Assembly: GCA_964016885.1 (NCBI GenBank) | Contig: OZ024743.1 | Location: forward strand, 310,434,001-310,498,000 | Direction: 5' to 3' | Source of the DNA: Eledone cirrhosa | Lineage: Eukaryota | DNA length: 64,000 bases | Part shown: positions 26,501 through 37,508 of the stretch, piece by piece | Position numbering within the stretch: position 1 is the first letter of the stretch | Layout: each line of letters opens with the position of its first letter | The notes under the pieces: generated by a model | The model's database searches: none | Told to the model about the DNA's origin: nothing | The model's input: the letters and a program-made list of their open reading frames with translations, nothing else | Translations under genes and position numbers: made by a program

Positions 26501-28350
26501 GCTTGTGGTGGTGTTGTTGAAGGTGTTGTTGTTGTTGGCGGTGGGGTTGCCGCCGGTAGTGATGGTAGTGCTAGTGTGGGTAGTGGTTGTGTTGGTGATG
26601 TTGCTGCTGTAAGTCTCTTTGCAGTAGCCTTTAACCTTTTTCATTTCTTCCCTCCCTTTTCGAAGGCGACGATGCGTTTGTGCCTTCTTGCGACCTTTTG
26701 CCATCCCTCCCCCACCTCACACTCCATGTCCGATTCTGTGAGGTCGGGGAGGGATACCAGCTCCACTCTTTCACTTGTTCTTGTTGGTATTACTTTTGTT
26801 GTTGTTAATACTTCCACTGCTGCTGCTGTTCTTGATTTCCGTGGCGTTGGTATGGGTGTCACGGACCTATCCTTCTTGCTTGCTGCCTGTCCTGTTGTTG
26901 GTAGCAGTGGAGCCGGTTTCGGAAGGAAAGGGGTTTTCTCCTTACTCAGGCTCTTCTCATTGCAGAAGGCCCTGAGGTGAGTCTTCGACTCAGAGCGAAA
27001 GCATTTCGGGCGTTTGCCCTCAACACTTATGGGAAGTTGAGTGCCGTTATCGAAGTCTATGACATCCGGGATAGCTTCGATGCACTCCTGGTTGGTTTGA
27101 ATTAACATCTCAATGGAGGCACCGACCCAATCTTCTCGTACTTTTTTTCTATACTTGCAGCACGGTTGTTTTGTCCTCTATTCTGACGAGGACAGACGCA
27201 GCCAGCCAAGAAGGGGCCATCCTGTGGGGGGCTTGGGACTGTTTGACCCTCACAATAATTGCCCGCAGTAGGAGGGCACGAACACCTCTCCTCGCTCCTT
27301 AGGTTCACTAAGGATTGAGCCTTTGCCTCCTAGGGTGTGGCAAAAAGCACGTCCACGGTGGCATATTTCTTGCCTCGGGTGATATGCGTTTTCCGCTGCC
27401 ACACAGACCCTAAGGCTTTTTGTATTTGAGTCTCTGTGGCCCTTTCAACCCTATGTGATTTGGTGCTTACTGACCGTACAGTGCTGTTGGGTTTCGAAAA
27501 ATTCTTCGGCTGCCTTGCAGATTGCTCGGCCGTGTCCGGTTTTCGTCACCATCTTCCTTACTTCCTGTAATTCCTCATTTGTTATAAGGATGGTTTCTAG
27601 GTTCTTTGCGATACCTGCAAACGAGATTGGTTTTTCTTTCTTGTTGTTGTTGTTGTCGTCAGAGCTGCTGTTACTTTTGTTGTTGCTGCTGGTACTACGA
27701 CCGCCGCCGCCGCTGTTGCTGTTGTTGTTGTTGTTGATGTCGCTGCTGCTTCTGTTGCTGTTGTTGTTTATGCTGCTGCTGATGTTGTTGCGGCTGCTAC
27801 TAGTATTTTCCTCGCCACTGCTGCTGCTGCTGCTGTTATTACGGCTGCTGCTGATGCTATTCTTCATGACGTCAGACGAATGAAATGGCTTTCCGTATTT
27901 ACCGCACACATCTTTCGTCGTTGACGTCGTCGTGGTACGCGCATTCTCTTGGTGAAGAACGCTACGAGAAACTACATTTTTCTTTTTCTTTAATGGCATC
28001 GCTTGCGAAAGGGGCGACACCACATTTAGAGAACGGAGGGAGAGAGATAATCTTTTCTCTGACGTAATGACGATTGGGGAAGAAGAAGACGGAAGGAGTG
28101 GGAGTGACTTGTGAAAATTCTTTTTTGAGGCCATGTTTTTTTTACGGTTTAAAATAAATATTGGGCACAAAACCCCAATAACTGGTTATTTAACCCGGAA
28201 GGGCCAAATAACGGGCAGAACGACCCCTCTCACGAGGAGGAGGGTGTCTTTATCTACAATTTGGTACAAGTTTTAAACAATTTACAATTGTTATAACGGT
28301 TAAAAATTACTATACCTTACAGAGCCGAGCCTCAGTCAACCATGGCTTTC
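23571..28350 (-). mobile_element. Tx1/L1-clade LINE: ORF2 and 3' UTR of subfamily B type with a distinct 5' UTR and ORF1 N-terminus; internal deletions
   Basis: ORF pieces 27451-28170 and 26641-27108 (ORF1); 26010-26327 to 23864-24445 (APE, RT, CPRC). The 3' end is nearly identical to 10600-10636. Confidence 0.92.
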
Positions 28351-28359
28351 AATAATAAT

Positions 28360-28471
28360 AATAATAATAATTGTTTCTACTTTTGGCACAAGGCCAGCAA
28401 TTACCCAGTACATTATTGGTACTTGGGTAATTGTTGGCCTTGTGCCAAAAGTAGAAAGAATTATTATTATT
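28360..28471. repeat. Palindrome made of two inverted SINE 3' ends
   Basis: AATTGTTTCTACTTTTGGCACAAGGCCAGCAATTACCCAGTAC / 7-nt loop / near-perfect reverse complement. Confidence 0.9.
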
Positions 28472-28474
28472 GTT

Positions 28475-30751
28475 CTTGGATGGTCTGCCCTACGAGCTTT
28501 GCGTAAATATGCCACAATTGTTCTCCAAACTCTTCGAAGCGCTCTACTGCAACTGGCAGCAGAACGGGAGCATTCCCAGTTCTGTGAGCCGGGGTGTAGT
28601 GACGCTGATAAGGAAAGACGAGAACAAGAGGACATATTAAACAATGTCAGGCCCATAACTCTCCTCAACACAGAGTTTAAGATTTAGGTCAGGGTGTTAG
28701 CGAAGAGGTTGGCGCTTGTCGTCGGCGATTTGGTTGGGGAGGCGCAAATTTGCGCAATGCCAACCAGGTCAATACACGACAACCTCCACCTGATGCGATA
28801 CATCATAGAGAGGGTGGGGTGTAAACCTGGCTTCGGTGGGGCTCTGAACAATTTAGATCAATCGAAAGCATTCGATAGGCTCGACCATCGGTACCTGGAG
28901 GCTGTCCTCAAGGCGGCTGGCTTCGGCCCCGTCTTCAGAAGCTGGATCGCTGCAATGCACAGCGGTACCTACTCGGTGGTCAAAATTAATGGCCACCTCT
29001 CGGAACCGTTTCAGGTTTCCCAATCGGTCCGTCAGGGGTGCCCTCTATCCTCCCTTCTATACGTTTTGACTCTTGAGCCTGTACTGCGGAAGCTGGAGTT
29101 GTTGCAGGGCATCCTGCATCGGCTTATGCGGACGACATCACCGTGTTGGTGTCGGACACCTCAGATATCGAGGTGGTCGGCAACTTAGTGGAGGAATATG
29201 AAAGGTTCACGGGAGTAAAAGTTAACCCCGAAAAGACGGTGGGCTTGCAACTCGGCACCTGGATAGGCAAGTCCATGCCGTCCAACAGCGTCGCTAGGCG
29301 CTGGACGGACGGACCGGTAAAGTTGCTCGCGGTTTGGTTCGTGCCAGACCTCAAGGTGGATAAGAATTGGGACGAGGTGACAGGCAGGGTAGCCAGTCTC
29401 ACGCAGAAATGGGCTGCGAGAGAGCTATCACTGAAAGGTTGGGCGGGAGTAGTGAACGCGTACATCGCGTCCGTCATTTACTACCGTCTGACCGACGTCC
29501 TTTGCCCCCGTTCGCGCCCCGCCATCTTGGAGCGGCTCCTCTTCAAATTATTGTGGAGGGCGTCAGGTTCCGTTGGTGAGGCGGTCCATATGCTGCCAGA
29601 ACCCTCTACGTGGAGGGCTGGGCATGCCGTGACTAATGATGTGCAGACACGCGCCGAGGCTGCGGCATCTCCAGATATTCTGCCTAAACGGTGAACAGGT
29701 GTGGTCGCCGTTTTTCATACGGGCCTTTCCGGAGCTTGTCTCTTTGTCTGAGCTGCAATCCTGGGTCAACAAGAGACCGAACTGAGTGACTGGCATCTGT
29801 AATGTTGCCAGGCACTCGCTGCCCTTTACCAGGAGGGCAATGCAGTCAGTGGAACTTCCACTCTCGAGTTCTATAGAGGATTAGTGGTGGGCAAGTGCGA
29901 CAACGCATTCGGAGAGGCTCTGGGAGTCGACGAAGTCGAACTAACCAGTCTGTTCCGGAGGACTTTCGAGCCGGGGACGATGGATAATTTCCAAAAATGC
30001 CACGCTTGGCAGTGCTACCGGGGAGCACTGTCGGTTAGAGATAAACTCTACAGGGACGGAAATGCTGTCTGACGGACCTGCTCGAGATGCGCGCAGAGCG
30101 ACGAAATCGTTCTGCATGCACTCACTCGTCCAGTGTCCGTGCATTACTGACTTGTGGAGTTATGTCGAACAGCTGTTGTCGCGTGTAGAACGGATCTGGC
30201 TATCGGCCGAGTCCATAGTGAAGATTGACCCGCCGCCTTCTTTTGGCCAGGAAGGGCAGGAAAATTTCCTGTCTGGTGGCAGTAGCGAAAGAGGTTGTAT
30301 GGTGGACGAGGTTGAAAGGACTGAAGAAAGACACTTTCTCTTCGGCCAATCCCTCATCAACTTTTTCAAGTTTTACTTGGAGAGGAAGGTGAGGTTGGAG
30401 AGAGAATTGCTGCTCCCCAGTACATTCGCTGAAAGGTGGGTGAATGTGGCGAGAATGGCCCGTGTGAGTGGGCCTACTTTGGTCATGCGCCTGTAGGTGG
30501 GTAAATTTGAGGAGGAGAGGGGGTGCCATTCCAGGGTGCTCTCGAAGCGTCGGGTCGTTCAGGATTGGTGGGATACCTGAGCGAACCCTGTGTGGTGATC
30601 CCCCCTATTGGGGAATTTTTCTTGTTGTATTTTTCTTGTTTCTTTCTTATTGTTATTCATATTGTTTACTCGATATTTCTGTAAAAGCCCACTTTCGCAG
30701 TTTTTTGTATTGCCCCCTATATGTCGGCCCTTGTGGCCAATAAATGAAATC
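28475..30751 (+). mobile_element. Tx1/L1-clade LINE, 5'-truncated RT and 3' end of another subfamily
   Basis: LDGLPYEL..YCNW, RPITLLNTEFK, LDQSKAFDR, RQGCPLS, YADD. Ends GGCCAATAAATGAAATC plus (ATT)n. Confidence 0.92.
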
Positions 30752-30766
30752 ATTATTATTATTATT

Positions 30767-31780
30767 GTACTTTGAGTCTAAGTCATTGAAGTTATTTAAC
30801 TGGAAAGTTTGTTGAAATGAATATCAAGCCGCTACCAGCAACCTCAGATATTCAGGACGTATTGGCGGGCTTTTCCTGTTCCCAGCAAGCATGCCTTTTG
30901 AAGTGTTCCAAAAAGCGGGGCTGGACTAATCTTCTTTAACCATCCCTGGAAACTCTTTGAGATAGTACCTAGTGCGCCTATGACAATCGGGACGACCTTG
31001 ATTTCATGGCAATTCCAAATCCTTTTTAACTCCCACTTTAAGTCCTGGTATCGGTTAATTTTCTCCCTCTCCATTTCTTGCACTCTCGTGTCAAATAGGC
31101 AGGCTACATCTACAATCAGGCACGAACCTTTTTCCTTCTCCAAAACCACAAGGTCAGGCCTATTGTGTTCTAACTTCTTGTCCGTCTGTATCCTAAAATC
31201 CCATAGCACCTTCACCTGATCGTTTTCTATCTCTGACTCTGGCTTATGCTCATACCACTTCTCAGAATATGGTAAATTGTTTACTTTGCATAGATGCCAG
31301 TGGATCACCCTGCCTATCACATCATGCCTCCAGCCTTTATAGTGAGTATGGGCTAGGTGTTTACACTCGGATACAATGTGAGCCACAGTCTCCTTTCTCT
31401 CCCCACAGGCCAATTTTTGTTCATCTAATTTAAATAGACCAATCTCGTTCCAGATGTTATGCATCCGTTTCTATTGCCTTTTTCCATGGGGTTACTCTTC
31501 AGGTAACATTTCATGACAGTTCTATTCAATTCTTTCGTCCAGTTGGTTCTTGTCCCTTTCCTTCTTCTTCCCCCAACACCAGCAGTATTTGGATGACAGC
31601 TAGGTCCCTGCTGCTGGGCCAAGGAGCACTTGCTGGGTAAGAGTCTTTCACCTGACGTTCCAGTTTCATTTTCACCGTTATTCGAACTGTTTAGGTGCGA
31701 CATTTAAACACTCATATCGAGGATTGGTGAATGTATGGTTACATAACCACCGGTGATTTCATCACGCTGTAGACGAACAT
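30767..31780 (-). mobile_element. R4/Dong-like family D1, internally deleted (N-terminus fused to RLE)
   Basis: N-terminal RTNWTKELNRTVMKCY...WNEIGLFKLDEQKLA joins CGERKETVAHIVSEC..RHD..RPDL at ~31407. The RLE part closely matches 1-430. Confidence 0.88.
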
Positions 31781-32071
31781 AAATAAAAAAACAAATAAAA
31801 AAATAAACATAAGTTTCATTTTAATGTTTGAATGTCTGACTTAGTTTTTTTTTATTTTTCCTTTTTGCATTTCAAGGCCAGTAACATCGGTTACTAGTGT
31901 TGTTGTTGCTGCTGCTGCTGTTTTTTTTATCTTAGCTATGCTAAGCTCGTAGTCATAGCAACGAATGAAGTAGGGGGTGTTGCGTTCAAAACTTTTGAAA
32001 TTTGTTTTTTTTTTTGCTGTTGCGTTTGATTTTGTCTGTGTTCGGTTCTGTAATTTTTCGACTTCTTGCTT

Positions 32072-33079
32072 TTTGCCTTTCATCCTTACGGGGTCGATAA
32101 AATAAAGTACCAGTAATGCACTGGGTAATTGCTGGCCTTGTGCCTAAAGTAGAAACAATTATTATGGTGGACATTTTCAATGTTATTGTTTATATATATA
32201 TATGTTTCTATGTCTTTTTTCTTTTTCGTTTCTTATATAAATAATAAAAAGGCGGTGGATTGGCAATATCGGTAGAGAGTCGGATGCCATGCTTTGAAGC
32301 ATAGAGTTACGTCCCTTTATGATCTGAGTTCAAATCCCGCCGAGGTTAATTTTGCCTTTCATCCTTATGGGGTCGATAAAATAAAGTACCAGTAATGTAC
32401 TGGTTAATTGCTGGCCTTGTGCCAAAAGTAGAAACAATTATTATGGTGGACATCCTTTCGGGGTCGATAAAATGAAGTACCAGTAATGTACTGGGTAATT
32501 GCTGGCCTTGTGCCAAATGTATAAACAATTATTATGGTTAACTTTGTCTTTCATCCTTACGAGGTCGATAAAATAAAGTACCAGTAATGCACTGGGATAA
32601 TTGTCAGCCTTGTGCCAAAATTAGAAATAATTATTATGGTAGATTGGCAGTATCGGTTTTCGCCACGAGTAACCCTTGGGGAATTTTTCATTGTTTGAAT
32701 TTTCAATGTTATTGTTTATATATATATATGTTTCTATGTCTTTTTTCTTTTTCGTTTCTTATATAAATAATAAAAATATTTCCACGCACAAAACCCACAT
32801 CGTAGCGTCATGTGCCGTCTGTAATATTTTTCTTGATGTCAGCACTTGTGGCCAATAAAGAAATCATTATGGTGGATTGGCAGTATCGGTAGAGGGTCGG
32901 ACGCTATGTTTTGACGCATAGAGTTACGGCCCTTGTCATTCTGAGTTCAAATCCCGCCGAGGTTAACTTTGCCTTTCATCCTTACGGGGTCGATAAAATA
33001 AAGTACCAGTAATGTACTGGGATAATTGCTGGCCTTGTGCCCAAAGCAGAAACCAAATATTATTATTATTATTATTATT
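32072..33079 (+). mobile_element. Head-to-tail chain of SINE copies or fragments interleaved with Tx1 3' UTR fragments
   Basis: SINE tails at ~32160, 32440, 32530, 32635 and 33055; Tx1 3' UTR pieces at 32174-32250 and 32655-32866. Confidence 0.88.
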
Positions 33080-34398
33080 GGCGACCTACGTAGGAAATCG
33101 TATCATCGTGAGCTCCGCAAAGGTTTGTTATTTTCGTTTGTTTAAAATTGCCATTTATGGAAAATGTTTGTTGTTAACTATTTATAAGGTCACAAAATTT
33201 TCTTTCGGAATAGGACACTCAAAAAGATTGGGGCTCTGACTCCAAAATTTAAACTTTTATAATTATCAAACAAAAAAATTTCTTTGAAAAATCATGGATG
33301 ACTCACAGCCACACCTTCCTCACGAACTAACACCTCACACCGACACCACCATTGTAAATATTACTACTCTTGCCAACACTAAAAATATAAGCAGTAGCAA
33401 TAATTTAAATGTGTCCCATGCAGACATTCATTTCCCGTCATTACCAATGACTGCACGTGTTGAAGCCGCCACCCCCACCACCACAGCGACAACAGAAACA
33501 AAAAAAAATGTTCTCGTGACACCGAAATGGATTCACCCAGAATGGACGCTTCCACACCGAACACCACTGACGCCACCACCACCACAACAGAACTAAAGAT
33601 AACAGTAACAAAAATAACGATAACAACAGCAACAACAACAATGAGAATAAGAAAACCACCCTGTCTTTTGCCAGAGTAGCAAAAAAGTGTGAAGCAATCC
33701 AGTAACTCAGGAGGAATTAGATGAAGCCAAGAGAATGGTAAAGAAAGATGGGTACAGAGTCAGCCCCCCCCCCCAATAAAATGGAGCATAGGCGCCTATG
33801 CACCGTGTCTTATCGGACGATTAACATAAAATCGCGCCGAGTCGAACCAGCATCCGAGTCCCAAATCCAAAAAGTTTTGGGACATGTGTGGGCAAAAAAA
33901 AACCACATCAGACGTGGGCAGAAATATGGAACCGTGGACGTGTTCTTTGGAACACCACAGGAGGCCAGAGAACATTCTATGGCCCAATTAAGAAGTGACG
34001 ACTTCACACTCGTCCCAAGCTATTGTGGCCAGAGACTCGTGAAGATCAGGGTGACCCACATTCCACCGGCCATCGAAATTCGCTGGCTAATGGCTACCGT
34101 CCTCGCCGGCATCGAGGCCAACACCAAGATAATAGAAATAGCGAAAGAAAACCAGGAGAACTGGTCCGGATCTGGGATGGAGCTCCTGATCCAAGCGGAC
34201 CAAAAGCAGAGGAGATTCCAGAGGTAATAGACCTCACTGACGGCAGTCACCTCACCGTAATCGTCGAGGGCAGAAGGCCTAGGTGTGTCGTTTGTGGTGA
34301 AGGAACCCACCTAAGGGCTTTCTACCCTCAGGCTAAAAGGTTGAGGCCACCTCTCTTACTCACCCCAGTGACTCAACCACCAACACCACCAGCAGCAG
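33080..34398 (+). mobile_element. Tx1 subfamily A 5' portion (UTR plus ORF1), 3'-truncated
   Basis: Collinear with 1073-2418; begins right after a (TAT)n SINE tail. Confidence 0.92.
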
Positions 34399-34746
34399 AA
34401 GGAAAATATATACTTTCAGACGTTCAACCATCTGGCAGGAAGGTATACGATGCTGACGATAGCTAATAACTAGTACATCGTTCCTGTGTCAGTGTTGAAC
34501 AAAAAGGTGACGTGGTTGCCTAAACACTGTACGGCGTAATTCGGGCTGTTTGTTTGTTTACAAACAAACAAACCGAGCATTATAATAAATGTTCGGTGAA
34601 CCGATACGTGCATATATATATGTGTTCATGTATGTATATATATATGCATACTACTGTACGTCTGTATACATATATGCATGTATGTATACATACATGCTTA
34701 CATTTAAGTAAGTGAGAAATGAAATTTCGTTTCATTCTATTCCATT
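34399..34746 (+). repeat. Dispersed copy of the 422-bp hammerhead repeat unit (ribozyme core deleted)
   Basis: Reverse complement of the 57-58 kb unit. ACGATGCTGACGATAGCTAATAA^CTAGTACATCGT lacks GCTTGAAA. Ends at (TA)n. Confidence 0.9.
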
Positions 34747-36099
34747 AAATATATATATATATATATATATATATACATGTTCTCCTCTTCTCCCATCGTC
34801 ATTGCTGAGAGTCGAGGATCGTGAAAAATTGCACTCATGCTCAACTATATGGTGCTGTATAACCATGATACTTATCGGGGAAATGTAACTTCTGTGGTCC
34901 CGAATCGACGTTCGACCATTTCTCGGAAGCTTGTTTCCGAGCCACAGTATTCTATCTTTATCACAAGGATGAAACCTTGTGAATTGCTAAGTGAAGGTTT
35001 GTCATAAAGGTGGCAAAGCTCCTATCTATCTCACTTTTGGAACCAGATGGATCCTTCTCCTAGACATACTGTCAATCAAGTCTAACGTGCTCTATCCACA
35101 TATATTTTTTTACATATATTGAACGGCCGTTGACTTTCCTCTATTCTCCTGCCCTTTAACGGGTTATGATTTTCATTCTCTTCTCACTCAGCAAGCATGG
35201 TGGGGCTGGTGGTTTAGTCTTCTTTGATTGGACCTTAAGAAATTTAGGGGCAAGGAACCAGGCTCTTCAATAATAGAACGTTTACTGGTTTGAATCAGTA
35301 AAATGTATCAAAGCATAAACAATTTCTGATTTCCTTCGTAAAATCGGAAAGACTATGGCCCACTTGAGCAGGGAGACCCATGGGTGTGTAGTGGTGGTGG
35401 TGGTGGTGGTTTCTGTTGAGGTGTGTCTCTGGTCATTCTTCGCGTTAATGCCTCTGCCATTTTATCCACGTGGCGCAGCTGAAATACAGTTCAGACCGGA
35501 ATGTTGTGTCGCCCCCCGCCCTCTTCCTTTCTTTCTTTACTGGATTCTTTTTTTCTTTTTTCTTCTTTTCATTTCCTTTTTTTGTTCCCTTGAATAGCGC
35601 GATTTGTTTGTGTATAAACAATTGTGTAAAATAAAATGACTCTTGCCTTCACAACCTTTACATAAAATAATGATAATCCTAGGGAGAAAGTGTAATATAT
35701 TCTCCATAATAATGTATACAGGAAGTAATTTATTATGATTTCCAATTGTGTATGACTTAATAAAATTAAGTTATATTGCAGTCTTTAATAACAACTGTCC
35801 TTCTAAGTTATGGCGATCATACACTGTTGTAAAACTCCGGTTTAGTAAATCAGGTATATGAAACAAGAAGACTATGACTACATAAATGTCCAAATATATA
35901 TTCTTTGTTAAATCATAATGTAGAAATAATGTAGAAATCTTGACATAAATATTAGTTAGAAACGTCATACAAGAATATTTATGACAGCAATGTATCTAAA
36001 CAATCATTATGTAGCTGGCAAGTAAAATCATGATATACAAACGCATTAATAAAATGTTATTAGAAAATTTTGAAAACATATTTTTAAAATTTATTAACT

Positions 36100-36512
36100 A
36101 GTTTCAGTCCTTTGTCGGCGAATGTGCTGAAGTACACCACCTTACAAGGATTTAGTCGATCATATCGACCCCAATACTTACTCTTTACAAACCTGATACT
36201 GATTTTATCGATCTCTATTTGTTAAACCGCTAGGTCATGGAACATAAACAAACGGTAAACTTAAACGTATACACACACACACACATATATATATTTATTT
36301 ATTTATATATATATACACATATATAATTATACATACGACGGTCTTTCGCAGTTTGTGAGTACACTTTCGCAAGCGGAAGTTTATTCCCCAACCATTAGTC
36401 AACTTGAGGATATAAGGGAAGGCACATTACTCAAGGGGTCACGTAGTCGGACTGAACGTGAAACCACGTGGCTGTAAAGTGACACATTAGCCACACAACC
36501 ATGCAGTACCTA
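36100..36512 (-). mobile_element. Older tRNA-derived SINE of a second family
   Basis: Minus-strand head TAGGTACTGCATGGTTGTGTGGCTAA, B-box-like GTTCAGTCC, internal (TG/TA) run, body GGGGTCGATATGATCGACTAAA. Family recognised from recall. Confidence 0.6.
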
Positions 36513-37322
36513 CGAGATATGCAAAATGAAAACAGAATGGTAGTGATTCAACTTTGGGATTTTGATAATATCTCATATGAATAGTGCAAGGATGACTGCC
36601 TGCTTAACCTTATTTATACCAAACCGATCGAAACGACACCTAATTCTAAAATATATTTTTTCCTTCCTTTCAAAGTTTAGTTAAAACTATTCCATTATGA
36701 TATTATGTTCGAATCAATGCTCAATTAGGCTCAAAACGCCATCTTGATAATGAGAAAGATAGTTATATTTGTAACGACCTTTAAATTCTTGAATATTTTC
36801 ATAGTTATTTGAAAATCCGAGGCAGTGTCTTTCATTAGAAATATAGTAACGGAAAGGTTTAAAAGTGGTTTTGACCCCCTCAGGTATGAAATTGATTCAG
36901 CTATCCTGTAGAAGTATTTTTTTCTGGTTGACTTGCACTTTGGGTTAATCAATGTCTAGCGAGTAGAGTTTGGGTAACAGAAATACCATATTAAGGGGAT
37001 GTGAAAAAGGCCAAAGTGAAAATATCATGAGGCTTACATGAATAAGTATTTTTGTATAAATATTAGCTATAATAACCGTTCAAGCATACTTCCAAGCCAA
37101 GTATCTAAAATACAATCCAACTTGCATTCCGCCAAGAATGGCAACTGCACTTTCTTTGTATTTTTCTGTAAAGTTCATATCTTTAACAGCTGCTAAATTT
37201 CTTTCACAGATATAAATATATATTCCTTCTGTAGTGTAGACATGTAATATATTCTTTCTTAATCTCATGTATTTACTTTATTAGTCATCTTCGTGTATAA
37301 CTTATTAATAGATAGATATAAC

Positions 37323-37508
37323 TGTTTCTACTTTAGGCACAAGGCCAGCAATTACTCAGTGCATTACTGGTACTTTATTTTATCGACCCCGTAAGGGTGA
37401 AAGGCAAAGTCAACCTCGGCGAGATTTGAACTCAGATCGTAAAGGGACGTAACTATGCTGGAAAGCATGGCGTCCGACCCTCTACCGATACTGCCAATCC
37501 ACCGCCCT
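37323..37508 (-). mobile_element. tRNA-derived SINE, full-length, with TSD
   Basis: Same family as 23369-23552. TAGATAGATATAAC is duplicated on both sides (37309-37322 and 37508-37522). Confidence 0.9.

Noticed and set aside
4697-28556. TCTACTGCAACTGG at 4697-4710 and 28543-28556 as the TSD of a 24-kb insertion splitting one LINE
   Set aside because: The second copy has its own diverged homologous coding sequence for ~70 bp upstream (LDGLPYEL..), so this is a conserved YCNW codon block in a different subfamily.
32072-33079. CRISPR-like or tRNA-gene array
   Set aside because: The units are SINE fragments with irregular spacing, the heads do not form full cloverleaves, and the context is eukaryotic.
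34780-35600. Possible RTE relic and a CpG-richer patch with a CACGTG box
   Set aside because: Too degenerate or short to support a call.
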